Below are positions 46,986 to 50,167 of a stretch of 50,167 nucleotides of DNA, piece by piece; position 1 is the stretch's first letter; each line of letters starts with the position of its first letter. A model generated the notes under the pieces. That model was not told where the DNA came from. It worked only from the letters and a program-made list of their open reading frames with translations, and did no database searches. The stretch covers positions 1 through 50,167 of the forward strand of contig JAADIR010000149.1 of NCBI GenBank assembly GCA_013151245.1, read 5' to 3'. The DNA comes from Chlorobiota bacterium. GTDB lineage: Bacteria; Bacteroidota; Ignavibacteria; Ignavibacteriales; Melioribacteraceae. Both the position numbers and the translations under genes were made by a program.

Positions 46986-47961
46986 TCAAAAAACATTGCG
47001 GGAAATTGAACCGGGCGAAAAAATAAAACTCTTTCTCGTCGTTCAAAAAATAGAAATGAAAAAGACGCGATCGAATAAGGATTATCTCGATTTGGTCCTC
47101 CGCGATAAATCGGCGTCCGTCTCGGCAAAAATGTGGGACGCTTCCGGAACTGAGAACCTCCGAATTACCGCGGGGAGCGTAGTTAAAATCGCCGCCTCGG
47201 TAGAAACGTTCAATGAACAAAAGCAATTGAAAATAATCAGTCTGAGTCTTGCCTCAAAAGAAGATAATGTTTCCGCCGAAGATTTTCTTCCTAAATCAAA
47301 CAGAAATTTGGATGAGATGATTGAAGAGCTGGACGGATTTATCGCGTCGGTAAAGAACAGACACTTAAATGAATTGTTGAGTAAACTCCTTTCCGGCAAA
47401 CGGCGAGAAAAATATTTACGCGCGCCGGCGGGCAAAGCTTGGCATCATTCGTATATTCACGGTCTTCTCGAGCACACGTTGGAGATTGCGAAAATTTGCG
47501 ATTTAATGTCGTCGTTCCATCCGCTTCTAAATCGCGATTTGCTGATTGCCGGAGCGTTGCTTCATGATTTCGGAAAAACGGAGGAACTAAAATCGGACGC
47601 GTCGTTTGACTATACGGACAAAGGGCGTCTGCTCGGTCACATCGTAATCGCCGCAATTGAAATAGAAAAAAACGCGTCGCAGATTAACGGATTCCCGGAA
47701 GAGCTTTTGGAAAAACTGATTCATCTGGTTTTAAGTCATCAAGGAAAATTGGAACACGCTTCGCCTGTTGAGCCGAAGTTGATTGAAGCGATAGCGCTTT
47801 ACCATGCCGACGAATTAAGCGCGCAGACAAACGCATACATTCAAGCCGTTAACGGCGAAAAAGACAGCTCGACAGGCTGGACGCGCTTTTTACAAATACC
47901 GAGAACCATGCTTATGATACCGAAGGAAGAAGATGAAATAAAAGAAACTTTATTTGACTAA
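46978..47961 (+). CDS. OB-fold + HD-domain 3'-5' exoribonuclease, YhaM-like
   Basis: 327 aa. The N-terminal OB fold is (...DYLDLVLRDKSASVSAKMWD...). The HD domain is HHSYIHGLLEHTLE...GALLHDFGK...GHIV...VLSHQG. It overlaps the UpxY stop by 8 nt. Confidence 0.8.
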   Translation: MLNQKTLREIEPGEKIKLFLVVQKIEMKKTRSNKDYLDLVLRDKSASVSAKMWDASGTENLRITAGSVVKIAASVETFNEQKQLKIISLSLASKEDNVSAEDFLPKSNRNLDEMIEELDGFIASVKNRHLNELLSKLLSGKRREKYLRAPAGKAWHHSYIHGLLEHTLEIAKICDLMSSFHPLLNRDLLIAGALLHDFGKTEELKSDASFDYTDKGRLLGHIVIAAIEIEKNASQINGFPEELLEKLIHLVLSHQGKLEHASPVEPKLIEAIALYHADELSAQTNAYIQAVNGEKDSSTGWTRFLQIPRTMLMIPKEEDEIKETLFD

Positions 47962-47977
47962 CCAAGGAGGAACGCAC

Positions 47978-48763
47978 ATGAAAAAATCTACGCTGATGTA
48001 TTTGTTAATACTTTTAACTTTTTCGGCTTCGAGTATTTACGCTCAATCGGTCGAAGAGTTAATTGCAAAGGGGGATAATTATTACAAAGAATTTAACAAC
48101 CAAGCCGCGCTGGAAACATTTTTGAAAGCGAAGGAACTTGCGCCGGATAACTACGAAGTTATTTGGCGTTTAAGCAGAACGCTCGTCGATATCGGAGAAC
48201 ACATGCCGACTTCAACAAGCGAACAGGAAGACGCGCAGGAAAAAACTTTTTACGAAGCGCTTGCCTACGCCAATAAAGCCGTTGAACTTGCGCCGGACAA
48301 ATCGATAACGTATTTGCGCCGCGCGATTGCCAACGGGAAAATCGCTTTATTTAAAGGAATATTTTCCGTCGCTACAATTGTGGATTCTACAAGAGACGAT
48401 TGCAAAAAAGCAATTGGGCTAAATACCGGCGGCGCCGACGTTCAGGGAATTGCTCACTACGTATTGGCGCTTACGAACGCAAAGGTCAGCACTAAATGGG
48501 CGCCCGCGCGTTCCGTGCTCGGACTCGGCTGGGCCGATCTCGATACGGCGTTGGTTGAATACAAAAAAGCCGAAGAGCTGAAACCGAACTTTGTAATGAT
48601 TTATGTTGATTACGCAAAAGCTTTGATGCGCGACGATCAATATGAGCTGGCAAAAGAAAAATTGGAAAAAGCTCTCGCCGCTCCAATTACAGACGAAGAC
48701 GACGAAGTCCGTAAAGCGGAAGCGAAAGAATTGTTGATTGAAGTTAAAGAAGAACTGGAATAA
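47978..48763 (+). CDS. Secreted tetratricopeptide-repeat protein
   Basis: I chose ATG 47978 with a strong SD AAGGAGG 7 nt upstream. Signal peptide MKKSTLMYLLILLTFSASSIYAQ. TPR-like helices are present (GDNYYKEFNNQAALETFLKAKELAPDNYE...). Confidence 0.75.
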   Translation: MKKSTLMYLLILLTFSASSIYAQSVEELIAKGDNYYKEFNNQAALETFLKAKELAPDNYEVIWRLSRTLVDIGEHMPTSTSEQEDAQEKTFYEALAYANKAVELAPDKSITYLRRAIANGKIALFKGIFSVATIVDSTRDDCKKAIGLNTGGADVQGIAHYVLALTNAKVSTKWAPARSVLGLGWADLDTALVEYKKAEELKPNFVMIYVDYAKALMRDDQYELAKEKLEKALAAPITDEDDEVRKAEAKELLIEVKEELE

Positions 48764-48872
48764 AAAAGAACAATTTTACGACTGATTGTTTGAATGTTTT
48801 CATTGTTCATTCATTCACTCAATCAGTCTTTCATTAATTCATATTACTTGATTTCTGTTGGATATTCAAAAG

Positions 48873-49619
48873 ATGAATCTTCCTAATATTTTATTAGATA
48901 AATTAAAAAGCGCGAACAGAATCCTATTTTTTACCGGCGCGGGAATTTCCGCCGAGAGCGGCGTCGATACGTTCCGCGGAAAAGGCGGGCTGTGGAATAA
49001 GATGAAACCTGAAGAGCTTGCCAGCTTCGACGGATTTATGCGCAATCCGAACCTCGTTTGGGAATGGTATCAATACAGAAGAAAAGTTGTTAGAAACACG
49101 ACTCCCAATCCCGGACATCGCGCAATAGCGGAATTTGAAAAATATTTTGATACGATCGACGTAATAACGCAGAACGTCGATAATCTTCACAGACGAGCCG
49201 GAAGCAAAAACATTCTTGAGCTTCACGGAAATATTGAACGAAATTATTGTATGGAATGCGGGAAATATTACGGCGTTGAGGAATTCTTGAATTCTGAAGA
49301 AGTGCCCAAATGTCCGGAATGCGGCGGAATGATTCGTCCCGACGTCGTTTGGTTCGGGGAAAATCTTCCCGACGGCATATATGAAACTGCGGTTCAGAGG
49401 GCGCAGTTTTCAGACGTTTGTTTTGTGGTCGGCACTTCCGCGGTTGTTTATCCCGCGGCTTATATTCCCACGCGCGCAAAGGAAGCCGGTTCCTTCGTAG
49501 TTGAAATTAATCTCGAAGGCACGGATATTTCAGGCAGCCTCGATTTATCGTTTCAAGGAAAGTCGGGCGAAATTCTTCCCGAAATACTTGCCGCCGTAAA
49601 AGAAATAAGAGAAAATTAG
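48873..49619 (+). CDS. cobB: NAD-dependent protein deacylase, Sir2/CobB family
   Basis: FTGAGISAESGVDTFRG..GLW, QNVDNLH (catalytic His), Zn ribbon CMECG...CPECGG, IRPDVVWFGE, VGTSAVVYPAA. The start is ATG 48873, or the TTG at 48858. Confidence 0.88.
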   Translation: MNLPNILLDKLKSANRILFFTGAGISAESGVDTFRGKGGLWNKMKPEELASFDGFMRNPNLVWEWYQYRRKVVRNTTPNPGHRAIAEFEKYFDTIDVITQNVDNLHRRAGSKNILELHGNIERNYCMECGKYYGVEEFLNSEEVPKCPECGGMIRPDVVWFGENLPDGIYETAVQRAQFSDVCFVVGTSAVVYPAAYIPTRAKEAGSFVVEINLEGTDISGSLDLSFQGKSGEILPEILAAVKEIREN

Positions 49620-49631
49620 TTTAATACAAAC

Positions 49632-50167
49632 ATGACAATCAAAGAATTAATAGAGCATGGAGAAAGTAAACAATTAGAACTAAAGGAATTTCTTCCTTCG
49701 GGAAACGCTATTGCAAAAACCGTTATTTCTTTTTCAAACGCAGGCGGCGGTAAAATAATCATCGGCGTAAAAAATAATTTAGAAATCGTCGGCGTTAATG
49801 AAAGTAAGATATTCAAGTTGGAAGAAAAAATATCTTCTTACATTTATGACTTATGCTATCCGAATATTCTTCCGGAAATATACAAAGTAAACATTAACGG
49901 TAAAGTTCTACTCGTAATCGAAATATTCAGAGGCAACCTTTTACCCTATTATCTTAAAAGCAAAGGTAAGAGAAACGGAACATTTATTAGGATTGGTTCC
50001 ACTAACAGATTGTCCGATGAAAATATGATATTTGAATTGGAAAGACAAAGACAAGGAAAAAGTTTTGATGAAGAGGCAAATTTTGAGCGCGAAGTTAATT
50101 CATTGAATTTATCGGTTATTATTAATGAATTCAAAAGGGCGGGGAAAAGAGCCGATTATGCTAAAAT
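49632..50167 (+). CDS. AlbA_2 (Schlafen-like DNA-binding) domain protein. Its 3' end is cut by the window edge and it is not in the ORF track.
   Basis: Manual translation from ATG 49632: MTIKELIEHGESKQLELKEFLPSGNAIAKTVISFSNAGGGKIIIGVKNNLEIVGVNE...GTFIRIGSTNR. This is the typical E.lE.K....I.k.i.aFsN..GG.i.iGV pattern of AlbA_2 / 'putative DNA-binding' domains. The frame is open to the window end. Confidence 0.7.
   Translation, partial: MTIKELIEHGESKQLELKEFLPSGNAIAKTVISFSNAGGGKIIIGVKNNLEIVGVNESKIFKLEEKISSYIYDLCYPNILPEIYKVNINGKVLLVIEIFRGNLLPYYLKSKGKRNGTFIRIGSTNRLSDENMIFELERQRQGKSFDEEANFEREVNSLNLSVIINEFKRAGKRADYAK

Noticed and set aside
48780-48828. 9-bp inverted repeat GACTGATTG...CAATCAGTC after the TPR gene as a terminator
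   Set aside because: The loop is ~31 nt and the trailing T-run is weak (tttcatt). It is possibly a weak terminator or regulator site, but the evidence is insufficient to annotate it.
48873-49619. Sir2 protein as an anti-phage SIR2 NADase effector
   Set aside because: It has the full housekeeping sirtuin signature: GAGISAESG, QNVDNLH, a CxxC...CxxC zinc ribbon and a size of ~250 aa. It has no fused sensor, TIR, HerA, Argonaute or other partner domain.

Overview
Hand analysis with no tools of a 50,167-nt, densely coding chromosomal window. All hairpin and repeat coordinates were derived by eye.

Likely source (inference): an FCB-group bacterium, Ignavibacteriota/Bacteroidota-like. Several proteins end in type-A T9SS C-terminal sorting domains ('NYPNPFNPST...'), a UpxY-type NusG paralogue is present, and many genes have Shine-Dalgarno sites.

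Housekeeping backbone:
- uvrB, priA, the block dnaN-recF-DUF721-gyrB-gyrA, and rpiA.
- A Cys/Met-family PLP enzyme, a CobB-type Sir2 deacylase and a rhomboid protease.
- Two sensor histidine kinases, one of them a hybrid with a receiver domain.

Envelope and secreted proteins:
- An OmpA-family protein with thrombospondin-3 repeats.
- An M1 aminopeptidase and two further T9SS cargo proteins.
- An octaheme (8 x CxxCH) cytochrome c and a GMC-family flavoprotein.

Accessory or unusual content:
1. A tightly coupled four-gene operon at 10773-15999: radical-SAM/SPASM, GT2, TobZ/NodU-type O-carbamoyltransferase and a GT-C membrane glycosyltransferase. I consider this the best candidate for an undescribed envelope-glycan modification system.
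2. A HigB/HigA-type toxin-antitoxin pair butt-joined to that operon.
3. An AT-rich type II restriction-modification islet at 42387-44651. It pairs an NgoMIV-like endonuclease with a permuted amino-methyltransferase.
4. At least two families of short palindromic (REP/MITE-like) repeats. They occur in intergenic regions and, unusually, in frame inside a T9SS cargo gene.
5. A GMC oxidoreductase whose FAD-binding motif lies upstream of every canonical start codon.

Two edge-truncated CDSs missing from the supplied ORF track were recovered by manual translation (1-1063 minus strand; 49632-50167 plus strand). I recognised no rRNA, tRNA, CRISPR array, transposase, integrase or reverse transcriptase.
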